Shown one piece after another: positions 8,962-19,098 of a DNA stretch of 52,215 nucleotides. Numbering within the stretch: the stretch's first letter is position 1; every line of letters starts with the position of its first letter. Source of the stretch: a virus (lineage: Duplodnaviria; Caudoviricetes); IMG/VR virus record IMGVR_UViG_3300046169_000121, positions 1 to 52,215 of that record; one strand, written 5' to 3'. Under the pieces are notes generated by a model. It saw only the letters and a program-made list of their open reading frames with translations, searched no databases and was not told where the DNA came from. Made by a program: the position numbers and the translations under genes.

Positions 8962-9412
8962 TAGGTCTTAAGAAAATAGTTGTAAATTGTACAACATCAA
9001 ACAATCCGTGTGGACGCGGATCCGATTCAACATGAAACATTCTGCCGTCAAGCTCAATCCGTTTTGCTTCTTTTATATAGTCGTAATCTTCAACTTTTAA
9101 TTTGATGCGTACTGTACTGCTTGGATCTGGTCGATTTACTTTGACTTGGGCATCTGTTTCGCCAAAATATTCCAAACTACGATCGGTGTCGTATCTAACA
9201 CGCGCCTTGAAAACTTTGCGAACAGGCACGTTTTGTACGCTGGGAGTAGTTTTTCCAGAATTACCGTATAGATAATTATAAGACGGATCTGTACTAATAA
9301 TTACTTTTTGTGCTTCTTTATATACAATAATCTCTCTTCCGAATGTATCGTGAAGATCAAGTAAATTCGCCGCAATGCTAGCTCGTTCAGAAGGTGATAA
9401 AAACTCTGCCAT
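8933..9412 (-). CDS. Putative head closure / head-tail joining protein
   Basis: 159 aa, first gene of the neck-tube operon; RIELDGRMFHV-type strand motif. Confidence 0.45.
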   Translation of the reverse strand: MAEFLSPSERASIAANLLDLHDTFGREIIVYKEAQKVIISTDPSYNYLYGNSGKTTPSVQNVPVRKVFKARVRYDTDRSLEYFGETDAQVKVNRPDPSSTVRIKLKVEDYDYIKEAKRIELDGRMFHVESDPRPHGLFDVVQFTTIFLRPIEANGQSTQ

Positions 9413-9420
9413 AAATGTTT

Positions 9421-9470
9421 TTACACTAAAGAAAATTTTTTGTGTACTTCATTTCAAGGTATAAGGTTTA
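9421..9470. promoter_or_regulatory. Divergent putative late promoters plus tandem AAGG ribosome-binding site
   Basis: AGTGTAA (minus, 9427-9421) 8 nt from ATG 9412; TGTGTAC (plus, 9441-9447) followed by AAGGTATAAGG before ATG 9471. Confidence 0.5.
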
Positions 9471-9758
9471 ATGAACGCAGAAGACATTTTTAAAAAATGT
9501 TGTCACAGGAATACGGTTTCCCTTTTTAAGGGTTTCCTCGTAATGCTTGAGGACTTACATAAAGAGCATGAGATTAATTTCAATAAGTTAAGAGATAATC
9601 TTCCAGAGGGTTGTGTCCCTATTGTTGATCAAGCCGACTACTTCGACGAAGAAAAATTACAACATCTTCGCAAACGTACTCTCGATATTGGTAACGAAAC
9701 AATTAGAAATATCATGGGAGATTTAGATAATTATACTATAGGCTTTACATTTAAATAA
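9471..9758 (+). CDS. Hypothetical protein
   Basis: 95-aa ORF with RBS, first in the tail operon. Confidence 0.7.
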   Translation: MNAEDIFKKCCHRNTVSLFKGFLVMLEDLHKEHEINFNKLRDNLPEGCVPIVDQADYFDEEKLQHLRKRTLDIGNETIRNIMGDLDNYTIGFTFK

Positions 9759-9760
9759 TC

Positions 9761-10588
9761 ATGTCAGAATCAGCAACACAACAAAAAACGCTTCCTACAA
9801 TGGATGATACTCGAAAGAAATTACGTGAAATTTATAGTTTTACGTTTGAAAAAGAGGAGAAAGTAAAACGTACTGAAACAAGTAGCGTAAAGAATCCCGA
9901 AACAGGAGAACAAGAAGAAGTGTCCGTAACCAAAGAGGTTACAGATAAGGTTCCCTATCGCATTGTAATGAAGCAACCCACGCGCCGTCAGATTGAAGAG
10001 GCTGAGCTTGAGTTTAGTGTCGAGATGAGTAATTGTATTAAAAAAGGCGTGCTCACCAAAGCGATGCTCGCCAAAAAGTATAGTGACACAGGTGGACTGC
10101 TTGCCGAAGAAGATGCAAAAGCATTAACAAGTATGTATGTTAAGTACGGCGAACTATCTCAAGAAAGTGAAAAGCTTGGAATCAAATCATCCACTTTAAG
10201 TGATGAAGATACTCAACGCATGAAAGATATTGCGGGAGAAATTGCTACTCTGCGAAAAGACATTGTTAATGTTGAAACATCATATTCTAATTTATTCAAT
10301 CATACTGCCGATGTGAGAGCAGAAAATAAAGTTATACAATGGTATATATTGAATCTTACATTTTTACAAAAATCAGATGAAGATAACATGACTGCATTGT
10401 TTGCAGGAAATGACTTTGAACAAAAATTACAAACCTACTATGAAATGGAAGAAGAAGGAGATGAATTGTATGACATTGTGGGAGGAAAGATCGCGGCGCT
10501 TTATAGCTTTTGGTATTACAGCAGTGGTGCAGTGGGCAAAGCTGATTTCGAAAAGCTTGACAACGACATCGAAGAAGGAAATATATAA
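9761..10588 (+). CDS. Putative tail assembly chaperone
   Basis: Acidic, helical/coiled-coil protein two genes upstream of the tape measure gene. Confidence 0.5.
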   Translation: MSESATQQKTLPTMDDTRKKLREIYSFTFEKEEKVKRTETSSVKNPETGEQEEVSVTKEVTDKVPYRIVMKQPTRRQIEEAELEFSVEMSNCIKKGVLTKAMLAKKYSDTGGLLAEEDAKALTSMYVKYGELSQESEKLGIKSSTLSDEDTQRMKDIAGEIATLRKDIVNVETSYSNLFNHTADVRAENKVIQWYILNLTFLQKSDEDNMTALFAGNDFEQKLQTYYEMEEEGDELYDIVGGKIAALYSFWYYSSGAVGKADFEKLDNDIEEGNI

Positions 10589-10591
10589 TGC

Positions 10592-11578
10592 GTGGAATCG
10601 ACGAAGCGCAGAAGAATCTTTAGGGACGTTGTTCGCGGCTACTCTAGCACGCTTTTCAACGACAAGCTTGTATATATAAAACATCTCACTCCACACGATC
10701 AGGTGGAGCTTGAGGAAATCGAAGAACGTTATCACAACGAGGCATTGCGGCGCGGTGTGCCCACCGAGGCGGACATGCTTGAGTTTCTGAAGGGGGAAGG
10801 TCAATGGCTTGACGAAGACGAACGTGTGATCACCGAGAAAACTCTTTATCTTGAGAATTTAAAAAAAGCATTAACCAAGCTCGTGCTCAAAAAAGATGTT
10901 GATCGACAAAAAAGTGTGATTGCAAAAGAGGAAAAGTTGCTGCTCGAAAAACAAACACAGAAAATACAACTTGTTGGCAACACATGCGAAAAGTACGCGA
11001 AAGATCGACTCAATGATTTTTATATGATCAAGAGTTTCTTTAAAGATGCCGACATGAAAACAGAATTGTTCAGCGAAGAGGTGTTTGACGAGCTTGAAAA
11101 TTACGACATCAAAAAAATAATCTTTACATACAACGATATCTTTCAAAGTTTCAGCGAAGAAAATATACAATATACAATACTAGAAGATTTTTACAATCCA
11201 TATCTCAGCTTTGCAGAAGATAGTCTACAATTTTATGGCAAACCATTTTGTGATCTAACATACAATCAAATAAGATTGATAGTATATACTAGAGTGTTTA
11301 AAAATATATTTGACTCGAATGAAAATATACCCGAAAACATAAGAAAAGATCCCGCGAAATTATTAGAGTTTGGTAGCAGTTCAAAAGAAGAGCGTGACAA
11401 AGTGAAAGACAAATTATCACAAGGAGATGGTGGTACAATTGTTGGCGCAAAACGCGAAGATTATGAACAACTAGGAGTCAAAAAACAAAAGGGCGGAGTT
11501 GATCTACATGAAGAAGCAAAGAAAAAAGGTGGAACATTAAATATGGAAGATTTGATGAAATTGCACGGTGTGACATAA
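10592..11578 (+). CDS. Putative second tail assembly chaperone (pre-TMP)
   Basis: Charged helical protein immediately upstream of the tape measure gene; GTG start, in frame with the previous gene. Confidence 0.5.
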   Translation: MESTKRRRIFRDVVRGYSSTLFNDKLVYIKHLTPHDQVELEEIEERYHNEALRRGVPTEADMLEFLKGEGQWLDEDERVITEKTLYLENLKKALTKLVLKKDVDRQKSVIAKEEKLLLEKQTQKIQLVGNTCEKYAKDRLNDFYMIKSFFKDADMKTELFSEEVFDELENYDIKKIIFTYNDIFQSFSEENIQYTILEDFYNPYLSFAEDSLQFYGKPFCDLTYNQIRLIVYTRVFKNIFDSNENIPENIRKDPAKLLEFGSSSKEERDKVKDKLSQGDGGTIVGAKREDYEQLGVKKQKGGVDLHEEAKKKGGTLNMEDLMKLHGVT

Positions 11579-11617
11579 TTTTGGTGTATTAATACCTTAT
11601 CTAAGGAATAAGGAAAT

Positions 11618-14600
11618 ATGGCTATTGATCTTGATGTACATGGTAATACAAAACCGCTTGAAGCGGCGGTACAGGCGGCTGTAAACAGAATTCGTCGTCA
11701 ACCAATAAAAATTACTGTTGATGACAAGGGCGCCACCCAGCCATTGGGCAACATGAAGCGTGGTGCTGATGAGTTTACCAAATCGATGGAAGCGGCGAAT
11801 GCTCGTATTCTTGCGTTCGGTGCGAGTATGGCAATCATAAATGGTGTGGCTAATGCATTCAAGGGTATGGTCAAAAACCTTGTTGAGGTTGAGAAAGCTA
11901 TGGCTGACGTTAATGTGGTCATGGGTTTGAGCGCTCAAAACTTGGAAAAATTTAGTGATGGACTTTTTAAAGTGGCAAAAGAAACTGGTGCGGCATTCAG
12001 GGTTGCTGCAGATGCCGCTACAGAATATGCTCGTCAGGGCTTGGGTGTTGAAGAATCTCTAAAAAGAACGAGAGACGCTTTGGTTCTTACTCGCTTGACT
12101 GGCATGGACTCTGCCGAAGCAGTAAAATCCTTGACTGCCGCGATGAACACATACGGCACACAAATCAAAGATACCACGCAATTGGTTAGTAAGTTTGCTG
12201 CTGTTGATGTTAAGTTTGCGGTTAGCGCCCAAGATTTTGCGGACGCTATTTCTCGTACTGGTCAATCTGCTCAAAGCGCTGGGGTGAGCATTGACGAGCT
12301 TGTGGGTATTGTAACTGCTGCTCAGCAAAAAACTGCTCGTGGTGGTGCGGTTATTGGTAATGCGTTGAAAACAATTTTCACAAAAACAGGAAAAACCGAT
12401 ACTCTCAATCAACTTGAAAATTTAGGAATCGCAGTTCGCGATCTTGAGGGAAATACAATTGGTGCACAACGCATACTGAATGATCTCGCCAATACGTTTG
12501 ATACTCTTAGTGCTGCGCAAAAAGCTCAGATTACTCAAACAATGGGTGGTTTGTTTCATATCAATATTTTAAAAGCTGTTTTGAGTGATGCCGCAAAGCA
12601 AAATGGTATCATGGCTGAAGCTACTAAAATATCTGCTGGCGCTACAGACGAAGCTATACAAAAAAATGAAGAGTTGCGCAAAACAATGTCTGCGGTTGCC
12701 ACAGAAACAGGCCTCGCAATCAAACAAGTTAGTACTCAAATAGGTGAAATTGCACTTGCTCCAGGAATGGAAAAGATTCTCAACTCTGTTAAAAGTCTGG
12801 CCGAAGGATTGAGTGGAGTGTTGGGAGATGGAGAAAGTACTGGAAGTAGTTTTGCTACTGGCCTTCTTAAAGGTATTGGTAATGTTATTACTGGGCCAGG
12901 ACTTGTTGTTCTCGCGGGTGTATTTTTCAAATTATTTGGTCAAGCGTTAAAGTTTACAAAAGAAAGTTTAACTTCGTTGGTCGGCGTAACAACCGAAAAA
13001 CAAAAACAAAAAGCCATACAAACAAGCTTGGTTGCACTGTTTGGTCAAAACGCAGCGCTCAACAAAGAGATGTTGCGTACTGATATTGGTCGCACCGAAA
13101 AAGAAAAAATCATACTCGGACTGCTCAAGGCGCAAGTTCTTGAAGCTAAATCTTTGAGCACATTGACTGCTGGCATGGCTGGTACATTATATCGAAAAGG
13201 GTATGGCGCAAATTTAACACCTGTTGGTAAAAAAGCAAGTGGACACATTCCTAATTATGCAAACCCAGAACGCGCACAAGCTGCGCAGGGTGGATATGCT
13301 GCTGGAAATATTAGAAGCATGAACATGCCTGGCGAAGGCTCGGTAATATACAACAGTGCAGAAAAAGTCAAGAATTTTAAGGGCATGAGCCAACCTGCAA
13401 TCATGCCTCCTTATTCAAGCAAGGCTGGAAAAAACTATCAACAAGCATTTGGTAGTATACATGGATTTGATCCATATGCTGCGGGAGGATATATACCCAA
13501 CTTTGCGAAAACTGCGGCTCAATATTTAGAGAGTGCAAGAAGTGCAAAAACAACTGCTAATTTAACAAAAATTGCTAGGGGCGAGGAAATAGGAGGGAAA
13601 ACATTCTCTCTCGAACAACAAGCTGATGCAGCTGCAGCTTTACTAGAAAGATCTGCAGCAATAAAAACCACAGCAAACTCAAGTCAACTAAAAGACACCG
13701 GAGCTATTTCTTTGGCTGCAATGCTTGTTCCTAAAGAGGGTTACAAATTTAAAGCTGGCGATAAACCGCCTTACGCTAGCTATGGAACTGGAAAAGGTAA
13801 AATGACTTGGCCTGTTTACACTTTGAGATCACAGATTCAAAAACCAATGGATCTTACTGATAAAGTAAAGAAAAAATTTGAGTCGGTTGGATCTAAATAC
13901 TCAACTGAAGTCTCAAGGTCTGTGGGAGGAGGAAATGTCACTGCTAATAAATTTTGGAAAGAAATAGAAAATGATAGAGCGGGCGGAGGTAAAGGGGCCT
14001 GGAAGGCTGCAGTTGGAGCTATTTTTGAGGCATCTCTAAATGCTGCAATAGGTTATAAAGCGGCTAAAGGACACCCAGAACAAGGAGATTTTGATGTTAG
14101 GGGTGGTGAAAATCTCAATAAAGTTCGAGAACTTTTTGATCTGCCCCCGGGCATTCCTGTGGCTGATTATAAAAGCAGTGCAGCTAGCAAAGGTAACAGA
14201 AAGTCTTTTAGAGATAAAGTTTTAAAAGAAGGCGCGTTCAAGGCCGCTCAAAAGAAAAACAAAACAAGAGCCTACGGCCACATCCCCAACTTCGCCGATC
14301 CATTATCTGATGCAATAGGCCGAGAAAAAGCGGCTGGCGTTCCAGTTTCACAAATTCGTGTTGGCTCACACGGCGCACTCATGGGCAAGGGAAACCCCCT
14401 CGGCCTCGGCGTAACCAATACACACGATGAGCCAAATGGTTTGCGTGATGTGTTTGGTGCGAATGGATTCGTGCCGAATTATAAAAAAGGATTCATTCGA
14501 AAAGGATACAACAAGTTAAATAAAAGATTTTCAAAAACATCTGCAGGAAAAGTGCTAGACTCTAGCGCTGGACAAATGGGTGTGGCGATTGGACTTCCAA

Positions 14601-17600
14601 TGGCTGCTGCTGCAACTGATGGCGCAGCATTATCTGGAGCTTTACAAGGGGCAGGAACAGGTGCAATGATTGGCAGTATGTTTGGTCCACTGGGTACGGC
14701 TGTAGGTGCTGCAGGAGGAGCGTTACTCGGATTTATTGGCGGATTAAACGATGCAGAAAAAGCGACTAAAGAAAAAGCAAAGCAAGACCGCGAGGTTGCC
14801 GCTCAGGCTTTCTCTCAAACTACGCAAGAAATTTTTGGTGGAGATTATAGTCCATCTCAAAAATTGAACGGCAAAACGTTGTTGGCAACCTTCGAAAGTG
14901 TGCCATTACATATGGGTATTGCAATGCAGGAAATGAGAGAGCAGCTGAGAGACTTTAAGGGTACAGGTCGAGAAAAGTTAGCTGAACAAGAAAGGTTAAA
15001 ATCTGAACTTCGTTATAAAAGCAGCGAAGATTTAGACCGCGAAAAAAAGTCTATTCTCGCTTCGTTGATGAAGGGTAGGGAAAATGAGGTTTTTAGGGGT
15101 AGAGAAAAATTAGAGAAAATAGGATTAAAGCAAGAAGCGGCTACAGGTTTAGAAATTATTGAAGCTATAAAAGTTGCAGATCCTAAGCAGATTCAAAAAT
15201 TTTTCAATGATATGAAGATGAATCTACAAGAAAGAGCAGGATCTGAAAGAGATCTAACTCGAGCGGTCATACTTCAGCTGAATACACAAAAAGCAATTGT
15301 TGATGCTCAGCATGCATCAAAATTGCGACAATTAGAAATTAATACAAAATATTCTTCAATCGTTGATTCTTTAACTCTTCAAGAGCGAGTAATTGGTTCA
15401 TCAATAACAGAACAACAAAAAGCGAATTTTACTTATACCAAAGCAATGCAGAATGCTGCTAGAAAATATGAGGTAGGAGAAGAGGCTTCTGGATTTAAAT
15501 TTAGAGAATCTATGCTTGATTTTGCTAAAGGTGGAAATGTTATAGCTCAACTTAAAACTGTTCTGGCTTCTGGTAAATCAATTGATTCTGATAAGGTGAA
15601 CTTAAACCAAGAGCTTTCAAATCTAAGCAGTCAAGAATTGAGTCATATGATGGCAAAGCTAGATCTTACTGATGAGGAAAGACTTTCACTTGAACAAATT
15701 GTTGAAGCAAGAATTCGAAATTTAGAACTACTGAAAAAAGAAAAAGAAATCGCCGAACAGAGAGCGAAAACAGAAAAGTATATAAATGATACAGTTGGAA
15801 AACGAAATGATATTATATCTAAGGAAAAAAATAATTTAAAATCTAGATCTAGTGCCCTATCACACACTCAGACGATGCGCGGTTTCGGTGTGGAACTTTC
15901 TAGCGCAAGAAGGGCAGCTGATTTTGGAGGAGGGTATAAAACACATCGGCAGAAAGCAGAGTTCGATTTAAATGAATCATCAATAAATACTCAGCTAAAA
16001 ATTACAGAGATAAAAGAAAATAATCTGCTTGAAATACAAAGAAAGAAACTTGCTCTTAAGAAAGAAGAGCTTGCGCAAGAGGAGATGCTTGATTTTTACA
16101 AAAAGAAAGAAGTTGAAGGTCATACTCTAAGTACAGAAGAGGAAACTTACTATAAAAGTTTAGAAATGGGTGAAAAGGATAGATTACGTACAATAAAAAT
16201 AATCAATCAAGAAATCGATCAGCAAGAAGAAAAAAGTAAAGGTCTAATAGAAAATGCTGAAAGATTATTAGAAGTGGAAAAACAAATATCAAAAGAAAAT
16301 TTAAGCAGAGCTCAAAGATTAGAAGCGTTAGAATTTGCGAAAACTCAAGCTCAGTATCAAGATCAAATTTCTTCAGATGAATTCGAAATAGAGCAAGGGC
16401 AGTTAAGGCTTTCTAGGGGGCCTGGTTATATATCAGATTTTCAAAAAAGAAGAAATGATTTATCTAATAGAGGTGCTAGAGAAAAAATAGGTTTTGCGAG
16501 TATGGAAGAAGGTGCAAGATTACAAATATCTACATTAAAAGAATCGCATGATTACGAAAAATTAGCGTCCGAACAATCTAGGTATGAAGAATTATATTCT
16601 AAGCTTGGCAAAGAATATGTTTCTCCAAAAGAAATGAATGAACTTGGTGGCTTACAACAAACTTTAAAAAATAGAGAAGAAACTTTAAGTAAAATCGAAG
16701 AACAATCTCAAATGATCAACTCTGCTAAAGATAGCGCAATAGAAAAAACTAAAACCTTATTGAATTTAGAAAAACAAATCTTGGAGCAAGAAATCGCTCA
16801 TAAAACTGGCCCAGGTGCATTTAGTAATGGAATGACAGACTCTTTTGAAATGATGCGCGATCAGGTTTCAATGATGGACTACGAACTTGGCAAAAGAATA
16901 CCAACCGCTTTCGCCGACGGACTTAGTGGAGCACTAATCGGCGCAATCAATGGAACAAAAAGCCTAAAAGAAGGATTGATGGATGCGGCAGTGAGCTTTT
17001 TAAGCATGATGCAACAAGCCATGATGCAAAAGTTGGTTTATCAATCAATGGGTGCAATGGGATTTTCGAAGGGTGGAAATGTTCGCAAATATTCAAAAGG
17101 TGGCGGAGTGCCTGCTATGGTAAGCAACGGTGAATATGTGATGAGTCGCGATGCAGTAAATAAATATGGCGGATCATTCATGCATGGAATAAATGCTGGT
17201 GGACAAATACCTGGATTTAGCAAAGGTGGGATGACCGGTACTATTGTCGACGACAGCGGCATAGGTGGCGCATTGGTGATGAAAGAAAAAAGATTTCAAG
17301 AAGCCGTAGAAAATCATTTATTATCAACAGGAAAAATAAAAAGAGAGGCTGCGCCGGGAGGTCCTGCAGCGCAAGGCTCTGCATTAGCATCTAATTTTGG
17401 GGGAGGACGAGGATTTGATTCTGGTAGATTATACCAAAGAAAAGCAATGAGCAGTTCTTTTTACGCTCAATCTGGTAATGTGGGACTTGGTGAAGACACA
17501 AGTGCAATGCAAGCAATACTTTCAGAAGAAGAGCGTGTTCGTCAAGAAATCAAGGCGAAACGAGAAGCGGCAAAAGCAAAGCGCAGACAGATACTGGGAA

Positions 17601-18229
17601 TGGTTGCAAGTACTGTTCTTATGGCGGGATTATCTAAAGGTTTTGGGTCTGGGTCTAAGTCTGGGTCTAAAATTGGTGGATTTGGTGAGGATTTGTCTAG
17701 AGATGCAATGCTATCTCAACCTTCAACAAATTTTAATTTTAACCCAGACCCTGTAAGTAGCTCGATGGCTATGAGGCTCGGCAACCCATTTGGTTTAAGT
17801 TATGGAGGCTCAATTCGCAAATACGCCAGCGGTGGACACATCGCAGGAAAATCTGGCATCGACCAAATTCCAGCCATGCTCAGCGAAGGAGAATATGTTA
17901 TTCGCGCAAGCAGTGCTCGCCAAATTGGCAAACCAATGCTTGATCAAATAAATGCAGGAAAATTTAATGAAGGAGGATCTGTTAGTGAGATCGCAGGCTC
18001 TAGTGAAACTGGGTCGACCGGCGGAAACACAAACAACATTAGTATTTCTGTTAACATGGAACGTGGTTCATCAAACAAGCAAGAACAGCAAAGTGAATCA
18101 ACTGGCAAAAATCCTTCAGATAAATCGAAGGAAGAACAAGGTAGCGCTAAGCTTGCGGAGCGTATAAAACAGCAAGTAGTTTCTGTAATTATTGAAGAGC
18201 AACGTCCAGGAGGGTTATTAAGTGATTAA
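11618..18229 (+). CDS. Tail tape measure protein (TP901-like core), 2203 aa
   Basis: Ala-rich N-terminal core (...GGAVIGNALKTIF...), hydrophobic Gly-rich segments, long coiled coil and C-terminal VPAMVSNGEYV / IPAMLSEGEYV motifs; lies between the chaperones and the tip genes. Confidence 0.92.
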   Translation: MAIDLDVHGNTKPLEAAVQAAVNRIRRQPIKITVDDKGATQPLGNMKRGADEFTKSMEAANARILAFGASMAIINGVANAFKGMVKNLVEVEKAMADVNVVMGLSAQNLEKFSDGLFKVAKETGAAFRVAADAATEYARQGLGVEESLKRTRDALVLTRLTGMDSAEAVKSLTAAMNTYGTQIKDTTQLVSKFAAVDVKFAVSAQDFADAISRTGQSAQSAGVSIDELVGIVTAAQQKTARGGAVIGNALKTIFTKTGKTDTLNQLENLGIAVRDLEGNTIGAQRILNDLANTFDTLSAAQKAQITQTMGGLFHINILKAVLSDAAKQNGIMAEATKISAGATDEAIQKNEELRKTMSAVATETGLAIKQVSTQIGEIALAPGMEKILNSVKSLAEGLSGVLGDGESTGSSFATGLLKGIGNVITGPGLVVLAGVFFKLFGQALKFTKESLTSLVGVTTEKQKQKAIQTSLVALFGQNAALNKEMLRTDIGRTEKEKIILGLLKAQVLEAKSLSTLTAGMAGTLYRKGYGANLTPVGKKASGHIPNYANPERAQAAQGGYAAGNIRSMNMPGEGSVIYNSAEKVKNFKGMSQPAIMPPYSSKAGKNYQQAFGSIHGFDPYAAGGYIPNFAKTAAQYLESARSAKTTANLTKIARGEEIGGKTFSLEQQADAAAALLERSAAIKTTANSSQLKDTGAISLAAMLVPKEGYKFKAGDKPPYASYGTGKGKMTWPVYTLRSQIQKPMDLTDKVKKKFESVGSKYSTEVSRSVGGGNVTANKFWKEIENDRAGGGKGAWKAAVGAIFEASLNAAIGYKAAKGHPEQGDFDVRGGENLNKVRELFDLPPGIPVADYKSSAASKGNRKSFRDKVLKEGAFKAAQKKNKTRAYGHIPNFADPLSDAIGREKAAGVPVSQIRVGSHGALMGKGNPLGLGVTNTHDEPNGLRDVFGANGFVPNYKKGFIRKGYNKLNKRFSKTSAGKVLDSSAGQMGVAIGLPMAAAATDGAALSGALQGAGTGAMIGSMFGPLGTAVGAAGGALLGFIGGLNDAEKATKEKAKQDREVAAQAFSQTTQEIFGGDYSPSQKLNGKTLLATFESVPLHMGIAMQEMREQLRDFKGTGREKLAEQERLKSELRYKSSEDLDREKKSILASLMKGRENEVFRGREKLEKIGLKQEAATGLEIIEAIKVADPKQIQKFFNDMKMNLQERAGSERDLTRAVILQLNTQKAIVDAQHASKLRQLEINTKYSSIVDSLTLQERVIGSSITEQQKANFTYTKAMQNAARKYEVGEEASGFKFRESMLDFAKGGNVIAQLKTVLASGKSIDSDKVNLNQELSNLSSQELSHMMAKLDLTDEERLSLEQIVEARIRNLELLKKEKEIAEQRAKTEKYINDTVGKRNDIISKEKNNLKSRSSALSHTQTMRGFGVELSSARRAADFGGGYKTHRQKAEFDLNESSINTQLKITEIKENNLLEIQRKKLALKKEELAQEEMLDFYKKKEVEGHTLSTEEETYYKSLEMGEKDRLRTIKIINQEIDQQEEKSKGLIENAERLLEVEKQISKENLSRAQRLEALEFAKTQAQYQDQISSDEFEIEQGQLRLSRGPGYISDFQKRRNDLSNRGAREKIGFASMEEGARLQISTLKESHDYEKLASEQSRYEELYSKLGKEYVSPKEMNELGGLQQTLKNREETLSKIEEQSQMINSAKDSAIEKTKTLLNLEKQILEQEIAHKTGPGAFSNGMTDSFEMMRDQVSMMDYELGKRIPTAFADGLSGALIGAINGTKSLKEGLMDAAVSFLSMMQQAMMQKLVYQSMGAMGFSKGGNVRKYSKGGGVPAMVSNGEYVMSRDAVNKYGGSFMHGINAGGQIPGFSKGGMTGTIVDDSGIGGALVMKEKRFQEAVENHLLSTGKIKREAAPGGPAAQGSALASNFGGGRGFDSGRLYQRKAMSSSFYAQSGNVGLGEDTSAMQAILSEEERVRQEIKAKREAAKAKRRQILGMVASTVLMAGLSKGFGSGSKSGSKIGGFGEDLSRDAMLSQPSTNFNFNPDPVSSSMAMRLGNPFGLSYGGSIRKYASGGHIAGKSGIDQIPAMLSEGEYVIRASSARQIGKPMLDQINAGKFNEGGSVSEIAGSSETGSTGGNTNNISISVNMERGSSNKQEQQSESTGKNPSDKSKEEQGSAKLAERIKQQVVSVIIEEQRPGGLLSD
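13235..14482 (+). repeat. Four peptide repeats A-x-G-[HYF]-[IV]-P-N-[YF] inside the tape measure protein
   Basis: ASGHIPNYA (13235-13261), AAGGYIPNFA (13478-13507), AYGHIPNFA (14270-14296) and ANGFVPNY (14459-14482). Confidence 0.85.
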
Positions 18230-18231
18230 TC

Positions 18232-19098
18232 ATGAGTTATTCGAACTATGAACAAAAAGTCATTATCAATGGTTATGAATTGCTTGGCATTCAGAGTGTT
18301 GATGGTAATTATGGTATAAGTGAAAAACCAGTTCGAGTTGCAGGTGTAGGCTTTATTGATGCAACAATAGATCGTCCACTACAAGGCAATTTTAGTATCA
18401 ATAGAAAAATGGTCAGCGCTGACCCCTTGATTGAAAAGTCTGGAAGTCAATATTTATATGATGAACAGGAAATTAGTGGAGTAATATTATATGACAATGA
18501 CACAAAGGGTTTTGGTTTTACAAAGGGTAGAATGTCTAGATATACAGCTAGTTGCTCTGTAGGTGAGATTCCTGATATACAGGTTGATGTAACTGTATAT
18601 GGAGATTTGGGTAGCGGAGTAAGTATGGACTCCCCTTCAGAAACACATCCTCCTGTACAGTACCCTGATCAATCTAGTATGCGCGTAACGGTTAGTGATT
18701 TTTCGATTGATGCAATAAGTGATTTTAGTTTTAGTAGGACCATAAATACCGAACCGTTCTATGCTGTCCCGAGAGGCGATTTTTCGGACTGGACTAATGG
18801 TGTCGCTGGAACAAAAAATTTAGAACCTATACAAATAGACACTCAATATCCTATAGAAACTGATATCAATTTTACTATAATTGCTGATAATTATGAAGTT
18901 CGCGAAATAAAAGATAGAATACAAGCTGCTCCAGAGAGTGATGTTAAGATAGAAATATTTGATTCTATTAGTGGTACATTGATAAATGAGTTTGTTGGTG
19001 AAAATGTGAGATTGATTAGCGAGAGTATAAATAGTACAACAGAAGAAGAAATGAGTATCTCTTTAACATATAAAGGATATAAAACTTTGCATAATTGA
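18232..19098 (+). CDS. Minor tail protein, tube-like fold (tube initiator/distal tail candidate)
   Basis: Directly after the tape measure gene; GIQSVDGNY, YTASCSVGEIP (cf. YSIEAAVGGMP in the tube) and ISDFSFS...P motifs resemble the tube proteins. Confidence 0.5.
   Translation: MSYSNYEQKVIINGYELLGIQSVDGNYGISEKPVRVAGVGFIDATIDRPLQGNFSINRKMVSADPLIEKSGSQYLYDEQEISGVILYDNDTKGFGFTKGRMSRYTASCSVGEIPDIQVDVTVYGDLGSGVSMDSPSETHPPVQYPDQSSMRVTVSDFSIDAISDFSFSRTINTEPFYAVPRGDFSDWTNGVAGTKNLEPIQIDTQYPIETDINFTIIADNYEVREIKDRIQAAPESDVKIEIFDSISGTLINEFVGENVRLISESINSTTEEEMSISLTYKGYKTLHN

Noticed and set aside
17640-17672. Short tandem repeat GGGTCT/GGGTCTAAGTCT in the TMP
   Set aside because: It encodes a GSGSKSGSK low-complexity linker and is too short to imply a mechanism.
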